This document shows, in pieces, positions 108,343 to 117,982 of a DNA stretch of 124,000 nt. Below the pieces are notes generated by a model that saw only the letters and a program-made list of their open reading frames with translations, had not been told where the DNA came from and ran no database searches. The stretch lies in contig NZ_JMCB01000013.1 of assembly GCF_000737315.1 (NCBI RefSeq), forward strand, positions 20,001 through 144,000, written 5' to 3'. This DNA is from Hyalangium minutum (lineage in GTDB: Bacteria; Myxococcota; Myxococcia; Myxococcales; Myxococcaceae). The number at the start of each line of letters is the position of its first letter. Position 1 is the first letter of the stretch. A program made the position numbers and the translations under genes.

Positions 108343-111087
108343 GTGTCACTTTGGAACTCGAACCGGCGGGCTGTCTCGCTCGCCGTCACAGTGTTGGCCT
108401 TGGGAGTGCTCGCGGCCTGTGGTGGCAGCGGAAACCCCGTCACCCCGGACCCGAACGCCAGTGCCGAGATCAAGGCCATGCTCCCGCAGGAGCTGGCGGT
108501 CTCGGATGTGGCCCGCGTCCACGTGGAAGCCCGTGGGCCTGGCATCCCCACGCCCGTTGGAATGGATCTGTCCCTGCAGGGCAGCACCTGGCAGGGCACC
108601 CTTCTCGCAATCCCCGCGGGGTTGGACCGCATCTTCGAGGCCAAGGCCTACGACGCGGCCGGGCTGTTGCTCTACGCCGGGCAAGCGGGGCCGATCACGA
108701 TCGCCTCGGGCAGCACGGTGAGCGTGGCCATCCTGCTCCAGCAGGTCAACCCGCCGCCTCCGTACCAGAACGTGCCGCCGACGATCGACTCGGTGGTGGT
108801 CTCCGCCAACCAGGTGTCGCCCGGTGGCACCATCACGCTGACGGCCACCGCGCATGACGAGAACGCGGGGGACACGATCACCTTCGCGTGGACGGCGACT
108901 GCGGGCTCCTTCAGCAATCCGTCTGCTTCCGCGACGAGCTGGGTGGCTCCGGCGGCCGAGGGCCCGCAGGTGCTGACCCTGGAGGTGACGGACTCGAAGG
109001 GGACGAGCGCCCGGCTGAGCGTCAACGTCAGCGTCCAGCGCCCCGGCGCGAGCGGCGATGCCAATGTGACGGTGGGCTTCAACACCTGGCCGAGGGTGAA
109101 CCAGATGCGGGCGACGCCGTCCATCCTCACGCTCAACGTCCCCGTGCAGCTCTCCGTCGTCGCCTCCGAGCCGGACGGCGACGCCCTGAGCTACACGTGG
109201 AGCGCGAACTGCCCGGGTCGCTTCGAGGACAGCCTCGTGGCCACGCCCCGGTTCACCTTGTTGTCGCAGCCTCCCCCCGGTCCTGTTTTTTGCACGCTCA
109301 CCGTCACCGTCTCGGATGGCCGGGGAGGCCAGACCACGGGCTCCTTATCGCTGCTGGCTGGGACCCCGTCGCAGGCCAACGTGGCGCCTCAGATCGACAG
109401 CACCTTCAAGAGCTCCGAGCAGGCGGGCGGTGGCGAGGTGGTGACGATGGGCCTCACCGCGCATGATCCCGAGTCCACGCCGCTGACCTTCTCCTGGACC
109501 GCGAGCCAGGGCTCCATCCTGGCCACCCGGGGTACCAGCACCGCGAGCGAGGTGGATTGGAGGGCGCCCGCGTGCCTCAATGGGCCGATCACCGTGACGG
109601 CGGCCATCGCGGATGCCTGGGGCGCCGTGACGCACCAGCAGTTCTCCATCGCCCCGCGCGCGGGCTCTTCGTGCGGCGCCCTGACGGTGTCAGGTATGCG
109701 CAACTCCTACCGCGTCCGGCCAGATGGCAGCACCCTCACGGTTCCGGTGAATCTGTCGGGTGTGACGCTGGGCGCGTGGGTGCCGAGCACGGATGGCGCG
109801 AGCTACACCTGGCGGCCGGGGAGCGGTGACGCCAGCGGCACGTTCATCATCCCCAACGTCGATCGCACGCCCTACCTGCTCCGGTTCGGGGGCTCGTACC
109901 TGTGGGCCCACAGCCGGATGCTCGATCTGAGCCGGGCCGACTTGGGCCGCCATGACACGGTGATCGAGCCGGAGACGACCCAGCTCCAGATGCAGGTTTC
110001 CGGGCTGAATCCCTGGCAGGGCGGCGATGACTTCCAGCTCAGCTCGGCGAGCACGGGCCTTGGCTACTTCTCGGCGACGAGCTGCTCCACTCCGTTCTTC
110101 CCGGAGGACCTCGACGGCGAGACCTCCTTCAACTTCACCATTGACTACCTGTACTCGATGCAGAACTGCGGGACTCCTGCGGCCCGGATCGACGCGTCTC
110201 GCGGGGACGTGCTGTATGCCACCCAGCTGGTGAGCCGCACGGATGCGGCCACGGGGATGACCTTCCAGGAGGTTCAGCGGAGCTTCCAGACGAACTCGCT
110301 GACGGGCCCGAATCCGAGCACGCTGCTGCTCAGCGGCACGCTGGCGCCGCTGCCGCTCGTGAGCCGGGTGGTGGACTACCGCGCCGCCTCGTTCGAGGCC
110401 CTGGCTCTGGCGGGGCACCCCTCCGCGACTGCGGGGACCACCACTCTGAACCTTGGGATCTTGCCGGGCTACGACCAGTTTGGCTCCTACGCGGGCTGGC
110501 CGGACCTGGTGCTGGCGACTTTCGGCGCGGGCCTGGGAGACGTTGCCCCCACGTTCACGTATGGCAATCCCTATCCTGCCAACTGGTCCCAGTTCATCAC
110601 GGCCCAGACCACCTCGCGGGTCCGTTACTCGGTGCCGCTGGAGGGCGGAGGCTCGTCCACGCCGCGCATCTACTCGGCGTATACGTACGCCCAGCAGCCC
110701 GTGGGGAACGGTCCGATCATCCCGCTGGTGGGGCCGCCTCGGGATCTGCGGCTCAATGGCGCGCTGGCTTGGGACGTCCTCACGGGTGTGGGCGAGACGC
110801 CGCTGATGAGCTGGACGGCTCCGAGCCTGGGAACTCCGACCTCGTACTCGGTGCGCGTGTATGAGCTCTACGCCACGAGCACGGGGAGTACCTCTCGGGT
110901 GACGGTGACGAACCTCGCGACGGACCAGACCCAGCTCCGGATGCCGCCCGGCGTGCTGGTGCCAGGCAAGCACTACCACCTCCAGGTGTCGGCGCTCTTC
111001 GAGCAGGGGACGGATCCGGGCAGGCCGTACATGCTCCGCCCGGTGTACCACACGGCGATGGCGGTGACGGGCCGCTTCCAGCCCTGA
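108343..111087 (+). CDS. Large lipoprotein with tandem PKD/Ig-like domains
   Basis: AGGAGG RBS, lipobox LAAC, repeated A.D..GD.LT..W units. Confidence 0.8.
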   Translation: MSLWNSNRRAVSLAVTVLALGVLAACGGSGNPVTPDPNASAEIKAMLPQELAVSDVARVHVEARGPGIPTPVGMDLSLQGSTWQGTLLAIPAGLDRIFEAKAYDAAGLLLYAGQAGPITIASGSTVSVAILLQQVNPPPPYQNVPPTIDSVVVSANQVSPGGTITLTATAHDENAGDTITFAWTATAGSFSNPSASATSWVAPAAEGPQVLTLEVTDSKGTSARLSVNVSVQRPGASGDANVTVGFNTWPRVNQMRATPSILTLNVPVQLSVVASEPDGDALSYTWSANCPGRFEDSLVATPRFTLLSQPPPGPVFCTLTVTVSDGRGGQTTGSLSLLAGTPSQANVAPQIDSTFKSSEQAGGGEVVTMGLTAHDPESTPLTFSWTASQGSILATRGTSTASEVDWRAPACLNGPITVTAAIADAWGAVTHQQFSIAPRAGSSCGALTVSGMRNSYRVRPDGSTLTVPVNLSGVTLGAWVPSTDGASYTWRPGSGDASGTFIIPNVDRTPYLLRFGGSYLWAHSRMLDLSRADLGRHDTVIEPETTQLQMQVSGLNPWQGGDDFQLSSASTGLGYFSATSCSTPFFPEDLDGETSFNFTIDYLYSMQNCGTPAARIDASRGDVLYATQLVSRTDAATGMTFQEVQRSFQTNSLTGPNPSTLLLSGTLAPLPLVSRVVDYRAASFEALALAGHPSATAGTTTLNLGILPGYDQFGSYAGWPDLVLATFGAGLGDVAPTFTYGNPYPANWSQFITAQTTSRVRYSVPLEGGGSSTPRIYSAYTYAQQPVGNGPIIPLVGPPRDLRLNGALAWDVLTGVGETPLMSWTAPSLGTPTSYSVRVYELYATSTGSTSRVTVTNLATDQTQLRMPPGVLVPGKHYHLQVSALFEQGTDPGRPYMLRPVYHTAMAVTGRFQP

Positions 111088-111113
111088 GCCGAGCCGTGCG
111101 GTGAATGCGTGAG

Positions 111114-111149
111114 AAGCCCCGGTGGCAGCAGTGCCGCCGGGGCTTTTTT
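111114..111149 (+). terminator. Rho-independent terminator
   Basis: AAGCCCCGGTGGCA-N4-TGCCGCCGGGGCTT plus T run. Confidence 0.8.
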
Positions 111150-111198
111150 CCTTCCTGGCTCCAGGGATTCCCTATGCTGCCGCCCGGGAGGTGCCGCC

Positions 111199-111606
111199 TT
111201 GCCGTTCTCCATCCGCCTGCCGGTGACCGCGCAGGATCTCGATGAGCTCCAGCACGTGAGCAACGTGGTCTACGTCCGGTGGATCCAGGACGTGGCCGTG
111301 GCTCACTCCGAGGCGGTGGGGTTGAGCTTGGAGGTCTACCGGCAGCTGGGCGCCGTCTTCGTGGTGCGCCGGCATGAGGTGGACTACCTGCGCCCGGCGC
111401 TCGCGGGAGACGAGGTGGAGGTGGAGACGCGCGTGGTGGCGAAGAGCCCCGTGACGGCGACGCGGCAGACCTTCATCCGGCGGGTGGCGGACGGGCAGGT
111501 GCTGGTCCAGGCCCAGACACAGTGGGCCTACGTGTCCACGTCCACCGGGAGGCCCGTGCGCATTCCGCCCGAAGTGACTCAGCGCTTCACGATCGAGCCC
111601 GTGTGA
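111199..111606 (+). CDS. 4-HBT-like acyl-CoA thioesterase
   Basis: DLDELQHVSNVVY hot-dog motif. Confidence 0.88.
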   Translation: MPFSIRLPVTAQDLDELQHVSNVVYVRWIQDVAVAHSEAVGLSLEVYRQLGAVFVVRRHEVDYLRPALAGDEVEVETRVVAKSPVTATRQTFIRRVADGQVLVQAQTQWAYVSTSTGRPVRIPPEVTQRFTIEPV

Positions 111607-111609
111607 GGG

Positions 111610-113061
111610 CTATGAGGCGCTCGACGAGGCGCTGGGTGTCGTGGGCGTGGGACGGTTGATGCCAAGTGCGGCCAGAGTGGCAACGAGCCCCGTGGCCGCC
111701 GAGAACCACCACACGTTCCTGAAGGTGTGGTCCGGATCCAGGGGCGCCGCGCCGCTGCCGAGGATGACCACGAAAGCGCTCGTTCCGATGACGAAGCCCA
111801 TCTGTCGCGCCATGTTGACGACGGCGCTTCCCGTCGAGGTCTGATCCCGGGGCAACTCGACGGTGGCCGACGCGAAGATCGTCGGGAGCGCCAGTCCCAT
111901 GCCGACGCCGATGACGAGCCATCCTGGGAGCACGGAGACGGCGAAGGTCGAGGAGGCGTTGGCGCTGGAGAGCAGCAGGAGCGGACCTGCGGCCAGCATC
112001 AGGGTTCCGAGCGCGGCGATGCTCCCAGGGCGGAAGCGCTTGCTCAGCCTCGAGCTGACGGCGGCGAAGATCGGCACCATGCAGGGGCCGGGGGCAATCG
112101 CCAGTCCCGTCTCCAGGGCGGACCAGTGCCAGCGCTGCTCCAGGAACAGGATGACCGAGAGGAGCTCGGCGCCGAAGGCGACGGACAAGAGGAACGCGGA
112201 GACGTTCGACCAGGCGAAGACGCGGTGCCGGAGCAGCGAGAGGTCGAGCACTGGAGAGGGGTGGCGCGCCGATCGGACGAGGAACGCCACGGAGCCCACT
112301 GCCACCACGGCGCAGGAGAGCAGGGTAGGGATCGAGGTCCAGCCCCAGTCGGGGGCCTTGACGAGCCCGAGCGCCAGCGCGCCGGTCGCCACGATCAGGA
112401 TGGCGCCGCCGAGGAGATCGGGGAGCCGCGACGAGGACTCCGGCCGAGGATTCGGAAGGAACCGGAACGCGGCGATGGCCGCAGCCACGCCGATGGGAAG
112501 GTTGATGACGAAGATCCATCGCCAGGAGGAATCGATGAGGAGTCCGCCGATGGCGGGTCCTGCCGCGCCCGCAAGGGACGAGCTCGAGGCCCAAATGCGG
112601 ATGGAGCGGGCCCGCTGCTCGGGGGGCATGGCCGTCAACACGAGCCCCATGCTCGCGGGAGTCAACACGGCGGCCCCGGCGGCCTGAAGGCACCGGAACA
112701 CGACGAGCCACGTCAGATTGTTGCTGAGCGCGCAGCCAAGGCTGGCGAGGGTGAACAGCCCGAGCCCCACGAGGAAGCCTGCTTTGCGGCCGTAGCGGTC
112801 GACGAGCCGGCCTGCGGGCACGAGCAGTGCGCCATAGAAGATGGTGTAGCCATTGAGGACCCAGCTCAGGTCCGACAGCGACGCCTGGCCGACGTCGCGG
112901 CCGATGTCATCGAGCGCGATGTTGACGATGAACATGTCCAGCGCGGCCATGAACACCGACGAGCAGAGGATCAGCAGGACGAGGGCTGGGCGGGCGCTGG
113001 GGCGGGCCAGCGCGTACGGCGAGGAGGAGGAGAGGGCTTCCATGCGCGTGTGAGCCTCCAT
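111610..113061 (-). CDS. DHA2 family MFS efflux pump
   Basis: LDMFIVNIAL, GRLVDRYGRK, WRWIFVINLPIG. Confidence 0.92.
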   Translation of the reverse strand: MEAHTRMEALSSSSPYALARPSARPALVLLILCSSVFMAALDMFIVNIALDDIGRDVGQASLSDLSWVLNGYTIFYGALLVPAGRLVDRYGRKAGFLVGLGLFTLASLGCALSNNLTWLVVFRCLQAAGAAVLTPASMGLVLTAMPPEQRARSIRIWASSSSLAGAAGPAIGGLLIDSSWRWIFVINLPIGVAAAIAAFRFLPNPRPESSSRLPDLLGGAILIVATGALALGLVKAPDWGWTSIPTLLSCAVVAVGSVAFLVRSARHPSPVLDLSLLRHRVFAWSNVSAFLLSVAFGAELLSVILFLEQRWHWSALETGLAIAPGPCMVPIFAAVSSRLSKRFRPGSIAALGTLMLAAGPLLLLSSANASSTFAVSVLPGWLVIGVGMGLALPTIFASATVELPRDQTSTGSAVVNMARQMGFVIGTSAFVVILGSGAAPLDPDHTFRNVWWFSAATGLVATLAALGINRPTPTTPSASSSAS

Positions 113062-113092
113062 GAAGGACGCGCCCGGCAAAAAAGCGCGTTAA

Positions 113093-113135
113093 ATGACGGT
113101 CATCATGAATGTGTCTATTCATGTCGGTTATCATG
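113093..113135. promoter_or_regulatory. Candidate TetR operators between divergent MFS and tetR genes
   Basis: ATGACGGTCATCATG and ATGTCGGTTATCATG plus dyad ATGAAT-N6-ATTCAT. Confidence 0.6.
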
Positions 113136-113169
113136 TAAGCTGTCAAGCGTTCCTGGGGTGGAGGACGAG

Positions 113170-113775
113170 ATGAAGGTGTCGAGAGAGCAGGCGGAGGCGA
113201 ACCGCGCCCGCATCATCGAAGTGGCCGGAGAACTCTTCCGCGAGAAGGGGTTCGACGGCATCGGGGTGGCCGATCTGATGAAGGCGGCCGGCCTGACGCA
113301 CGGAGGCTTCTACGGTCACTTCAAGTCAAAGGATGACCTCGCCGCGCAGGCCTGCGAGCAAGCGATGGCCGGGACCCTCAAGAAATGGAACAAGTACGTC
113401 GCCGAGTCTTCGGATGAGCCGCTGGCCTTGTTGGTCTCCCAGTACCTGTCGACGCGGCACCGCGACAACCCGAGCAAGGGCTGCCTCTTCGCGAGCCTTG
113501 GGGGGGAGACGGTTCGTCAAAGCTCCACGGTGCGCCGCACGGTCACGGCCGGGCTTCGCTCCATGATCGATCTGCTGACCGGCCTCGTTCCAGGACGGTC
113601 CAAGGCAGCGCGGCGCGAGAAGGCCATCGCCACCATGTCTGGGATGGTGGGAGCGCTGGTTCTCGCCCGCGCGGTGGACGACAACGCCTTGTCCGAGGAA
113701 ATCCTGCGAGCAGCTGTCGCCACATTCGGTCAGAAGCAGACAGCGCGCGCGGAGGAAGAGGCAGGTGCCAGCTGA
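113170..113775 (+). CDS. TetR/AcrR family regulator
   Basis: LFREKGFDGIGVADLMKAAGLTHGGFYGHFKSK HTH. Confidence 0.93.
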   Translation: MKVSREQAEANRARIIEVAGELFREKGFDGIGVADLMKAAGLTHGGFYGHFKSKDDLAAQACEQAMAGTLKKWNKYVAESSDEPLALLVSQYLSTRHRDNPSKGCLFASLGGETVRQSSTVRRTVTAGLRSMIDLLTGLVPGRSKAARREKAIATMSGMVGALVLARAVDDNALSEEILRAAVATFGQKQTARAEEEAGAS

Positions 113776-113878
113776 TGAAGTGAGGGGCGACTGCCGTGAG
113801 AGTCGCGGTCACCCAGGCGTTCGGTTATGGGGCACGAGTCAACGCCCTCATGCCTGAAGGCGAGGGCCCTCGCTGGGA

Positions 113879-114658
113879 GTGGTCATCATGGACAAGGTCA
113901 TCGTCATCACGGGAGCGAGCTCGGGCATTGGTGCGGAGTTGGCGCGTCAGGCGGGAGAGAAGGGGGCGAAGCTGGTGCTGGCGGCGCGCCGTCAGCCGGA
114001 GCTGGAGGCGGTTGCGGCCCGCTCGGGGAAGGAGGCGATCGCCGTCGTCACCGATGCCACCCAGCGTGCGGACATGGAACGGCTGCGGGACGCCGCGCTG
114101 CAGCGCTTCGGCCGCATCGACGTCTGGGTGAACAACGCTGGGCGAGGCATCACCCGTCCGGTGTCGGAGCTCACGGACGAGGACCTCGACGTCATGATGC
114201 GGGACAACGTGAAGAGCGCGCTCTACGGCATGCAGGTGGTGCTGCCGCACTTCAAGGCGCGCAACGCGGGGCAGATCCTGAACGTGTCGAGCGGGTTGGC
114301 GCGGCTACCGCTGGCGCCCTTCCGCTCGGCGTACAGCGCGGCCAAGCACGCGCTCAACGGGCTCACCGCGTGTCTGCGCTTGGAGCTGAAGCAGTCGCAC
114401 CCGGGCATCATGGTGAGCGTGGTGATGCCGGGAGTGGTGGCCACGGAGTTCGGCAGCAACGCGCTGGGAGGCGGCCCTGACTCCCGCACGCTGCCCGGGG
114501 CGCAGAGCGTCGAGGACGCCACGAAGGTCATCCTCGACGTCATCGAGAACCCGCAGCCCGAAGCCTACACGCAGCCTCAGATGAAGGCGGACGTCGAGCG
114601 CTACTACCACGATGTCGCGGCCTTCGAGGCGGAGCTCAGCGCTCGCTTCCGGCGCTGA
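113879..114658 (+). CDS. Short-chain dehydrogenase/reductase
   Basis: TGASSGIG, NNAG, YSAAK. Confidence 0.93.
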   Translation: MVIMDKVIVITGASSGIGAELARQAGEKGAKLVLAARRQPELEAVAARSGKEAIAVVTDATQRADMERLRDAALQRFGRIDVWVNNAGRGITRPVSELTDEDLDVMMRDNVKSALYGMQVVLPHFKARNAGQILNVSSGLARLPLAPFRSAYSAAKHALNGLTACLRLELKQSHPGIMVSVVMPGVVATEFGSNALGGGPDSRTLPGAQSVEDATKVILDVIENPQPEAYTQPQMKADVERYYHDVAAFEAELSARFRR

Positions 114659-114774
114659 GGCGAAGGCACCAGCGGCCCTACGTGCAAGGTGAGAATCGCG
114701 AGGAGGACCCTTGAGGTCCACTCACCCCGCGTGGCTTTTCCCCTGTCAGACCTTCGGGATAGACCGGAGGCTGC

Positions 114775-114984
114775 ATGGGCCACAAGAAGCCACGCCCCCC
114801 GATGGATGTCCCCACGATGTCCGAGGCCGCGCAGTCGCTCTTCGAGGAGCGCGCGGCCATCCGGGAGTTCCTGGGCGGCATGCCGCGCGTGGAGGCCGAG
114901 GCCGCCGCTCGCGAAGACGTGCAGCGGATCCTGGCTGCGGACCGTGCTGCCGCCACCGCCTGGCGCGAGCGCATCAAGTCCTGA
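114775..114984 (+). CDS. Small hypothetical protein with FEERAAI...GG..R.EAE motif
   Basis: Motif recognition; start uncertain (114775 or 114802). Confidence 0.6.
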   Translation: MGHKKPRPPMDVPTMSEAAQSLFEERAAIREFLGGMPRVEAEAAAREDVQRILAADRAAATAWRERIKS

Positions 114985-115065
114985 ACTGGCGCCATGAATG
115001 ACGAAAGCCATCCCCGCGCCAAGCGAGGATGGCCTCCTGTGCGGCTGTGCGGGCGGCGCGTCTCT

Positions 115066-115743
115066 TTAGAAGACGACGGGGAAGTTGAGGCGCTTGGCGT
115101 GCGGGGCCTTCTCGCCGTCGAGCTTCTCCTTGCCGATCTCGTACGAGGCCGCATCCTGGCGGATGTTCACCATCTGCTCCTCGATGAAGTCCACTTCACC
115201 ATCGGCCTTGGCGTCGGCGACGGTCTGGGCGATGTCGGCCTGGTCCGTGAGCAGCGTGTTGGCCTCGGCGCCGGTGAGGGAGCCGTTCCGCACGCCCTGG
115301 GCAATCTGGCCAATCTGCGAGGCCTGCGCCTTGGCCGTGGGGTCACCGGCCGTGCCGCGCGCTCGGTTATGGGTGGCCGCGAACGCGTCGAGCCCCGCCT
115401 GGGTCTGCAGGCGGCGGATGTTGGCGGCCTCCTTCGCGGTGATCACGCCGTCGGCGCCAGCGCGGGCGGTGGTCCCGGCGATCTTCGCCTGCTGGCTCAG
115501 GAGCTTCGAGGCCTCCTTCTCGGTCAGGGCGCCGCTCTTGAGCCCCTTCTGGATGGTGTCGAGCTGGCTGCCCTGGGTGTTGGCCAGCTGCTGCGAGCGC
115601 ACCGGCGTGAGGAACTTGTCCAGCGTGCCCGGCTTCGGCGGAGGAAGCGGCAGCGGCACAGGACGGGGCAGGGTGGGCGACGGCAGCGTCGGCTGGCTGG
115701 GGGTGAGGATGGGACCCGCGACGGAGGAGTTGATCTTGGTCAT
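115066..115743 (-). CDS. Hypothetical protein with Q..I..G...G.LT..EA helical repeats
   Basis: Two or more internal repeats after a Pro-rich N-terminus. Confidence 0.72.
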   Translation of the reverse strand: MTKINSSVAGPILTPSQPTLPSPTLPRPVPLPLPPPKPGTLDKFLTPVRSQQLANTQGSQLDTIQKGLKSGALTEKEASKLLSQQAKIAGTTARAGADGVITAKEAANIRRLQTQAGLDAFAATHNRARGTAGDPTAKAQASQIGQIAQGVRNGSLTGAEANTLLTDQADIAQTVADAKADGEVDFIEEQMVNIRQDAASYEIGKEKLDGEKAPHAKRLNFPVVF

Positions 115744-115937
115744 GGGAGCGATTTCCGGAAGTGAAGTGACATCGGGATTTTCGGGATTACTCCCAAGGAG
115801 TTGCGTCAGACGGGTCAAAATCTGCCCGGCCCGTGCTGAAGCCACCCCACGTTCTTCTGCCCTGGCTACGGACACCCAGCCGTCCGAGCGGCTTTCCCGG
115901 CATAGCGGCCCCGAGCCGCGTATATCCTCGGAGCCTC

Positions 115938-116684
115938 ATGGCCTACGACGACTTCAAGAGCCGCATCCGTGAGGGCTGGCAGCACACGCTCCACGGAATT
116001 CTGGCGCGTGCCCGCTCGCTCGGCGCGAAGGCTGTGCTGGCGTTCGACCTGGACTCCACGCTCTTCGACAACCGCCCCCGGCAGGCGCGCATCCTCCGGG
116101 AGTTCGGCTCGGCCCGAGGCCTGACCACCTTGGAGGCCTGCGGCGTCGCTCACTGGACCAGCGGGTGGGACATGAAGGTGGCCATGCGCAACTGCGGCTT
116201 GGCCGCCGAGCAAGTCGAGGCCCTCTACGCCGAGGCCCGTGCCTTCTGGGCGCAGCGCTTCTTCACCAGTGAGTACTGCCTGGATGACGTTGCCATCGAT
116301 GGCGCGGCGGCCTTCACGTACGCCGTGGTGGGCACGGGCGCCCAGCTCATCTACGTCACGGGGCGCCACGAGGGGATGCGCGAGGGCACGGTAGGGGCCA
116401 TGCGCCGCTGCGGCCTGGCGCTCCCGGGCGAGGGGGCCACTCACCTCATCATGAAGCCCGCCCTTCGCGACAACGACGACGCCTTCAAGCGCGACGCCCA
116501 CGCGCGGCTGGGCACGCTCGGCCAGGTGATTGCTGCCTTTGACAACGAGCCCACCCACGTCAATGACTACCTGCAGCGTTTCCCCGAGGCGACGGTCATT
116601 CACCTGGCAACGGACCACTCCGGCCGCCCGGTGCAGCTTTTGGAGGCCGTCGTCTCCATTCCTCACTTCACGGGTGGAACATGA
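115938..116684 (+). CDS. HAD superfamily hydrolase
   Basis: FDLDST motif I, VTGR, MKP, FDNEP. Confidence 0.85.
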   Translation: MAYDDFKSRIREGWQHTLHGILARARSLGAKAVLAFDLDSTLFDNRPRQARILREFGSARGLTTLEACGVAHWTSGWDMKVAMRNCGLAAEQVEALYAEARAFWAQRFFTSEYCLDDVAIDGAAAFTYAVVGTGAQLIYVTGRHEGMREGTVGAMRRCGLALPGEGATHLIMKPALRDNDDAFKRDAHARLGTLGQVIAAFDNEPTHVNDYLQRFPEATVIHLATDHSGRPVQLLEAVVSIPHFTGGT

Positions 116685-116803
116685 CGCGGTGCGCCTAAGC
116701 CATACTTTGACTTTGAAGTCCCACTGCCGCGCGCTATGAGGCGCACGGCGTTTCAAGCCCCGCTGGTACCTGGCGGGGGACCCTTTCAGGGAGGCAGCTC
116801 GCG

Positions 116804-117925
116804 GTGGCCAGCAAGTACTCGAAAGACCTGCTGTTGACGATGCACCGGAAGATGTACCTCATCCGCCGCTTCGAGGAGCGCACGGACCAGGCCTACAAGC
116901 AGCAGAAGATCGCCGGGTTCTGCCACCTCTACATCGGCCAGGAGGCCGTCGCGGTAGGCACCAATGAGGCGCTTCGTCCGGACGACTACATGCTCTCGGG
117001 CTACCGTGACCACGGTCAGCCGCTGGCCCGTGGCTCGGATGCGGGCATGGTGATGGCGGAGCTGTTCGGCCGCGGCACCGGCTACAGCAAGGGCAAGGGC
117101 GGCTCGATGCACATCTTCGACATCGAGCACCATTTCTACGGGGGCTACGGCATCGTCGGCGGGCAGATTCCGCTGGCCGCCGGCATGGCGTTCGCCAGCC
117201 GCTACCGCAACGAGGATCGCGTCACGGTGTGCTTCTTCGGCGACGCGGCGGCCAACCAGGGCGCCTTCCACGAGACGTTCAACATGGCGGTCAAGTGGAA
117301 GCTGCCGGTCATCTACATCTGCGAGAACAACCGCTACGGCATGGGCACGGCGATTGGCCGCGTGTCGGCGGAGCCGGAGATCTACAAGCGCGCGTCGGCC
117401 TACAAGATGCGCGGCGAGGCCGTGGACGGCATGGACTGCCTGAAGATGTACGAGGCGGTGAAGGACGCCGTCGAGTACTGCCGCGCGGGCAAGGGTCCCG
117501 TGCTGATGGAGGCGAACACGTACCGCTTCCGCGGCCACTCCGTGGTGGACCCCGCCGTTTACCGCTCCAAGGACGAGGTGGAGCACGAGCGCAAGAACGA
117601 TCCGATTCCGAAGCTCAAGGAGTACGCGATCAAGAACAAGCTCGCCACGGAGGCGGAGTTCGACGCCATCGACGAGGAGATCAAGGCCCAGGTGGACGCG
117701 GCGGTGAAGTTCGCCGACGAGTCGCCCGAGCCCAGCCTCGAGGAGCTGTGGCGCGACACCATCGTGGAGCCGGGCGAGGAGGACGTGCGCCCGCGCGAGC
117801 GCGTGCTCGGGACGAAGGTGAAGTGGCCTTCGTACCCCTCGGGGCAGGAGCTGAAGGTGACGTGGGATCTGGAGCCTCGCCAGCAGGCCGAGCGCGAGGA
117901 CAAGAAGGCCGGGCTGGCGCGCTAG
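116804..117925 (+). CDS. pdhA: Pyruvate dehydrogenase E1 alpha
   Basis: GFCHLYIGQE, GDAAANQG...ENN, YRFRGHS. Confidence 0.96.
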   Translation: MASKYSKDLLLTMHRKMYLIRRFEERTDQAYKQQKIAGFCHLYIGQEAVAVGTNEALRPDDYMLSGYRDHGQPLARGSDAGMVMAELFGRGTGYSKGKGGSMHIFDIEHHFYGGYGIVGGQIPLAAGMAFASRYRNEDRVTVCFFGDAAANQGAFHETFNMAVKWKLPVIYICENNRYGMGTAIGRVSAEPEIYKRASAYKMRGEAVDGMDCLKMYEAVKDAVEYCRAGKGPVLMEANTYRFRGHSVVDPAVYRSKDEVEHERKNDPIPKLKEYAIKNKLATEAEFDAIDEEIKAQVDAAVKFADESPEPSLEELWRDTIVEPGEEDVRPRERVLGTKVKWPSYPSGQELKVTWDLEPRQQAEREDKKAGLAR

Positions 117926-117982
117926 CTGCGCGCCGTGCCTCAACCTCTTATTCACACACGAGCTGACGAGTCGGAGCCAACG

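Noticed and set aside
114711-115001. 96-aa ORF with a strong RBS and TTG start
   Set aside because: Composition is shadow-like; the overlapping frame at 114775 carries the recognisable motif.
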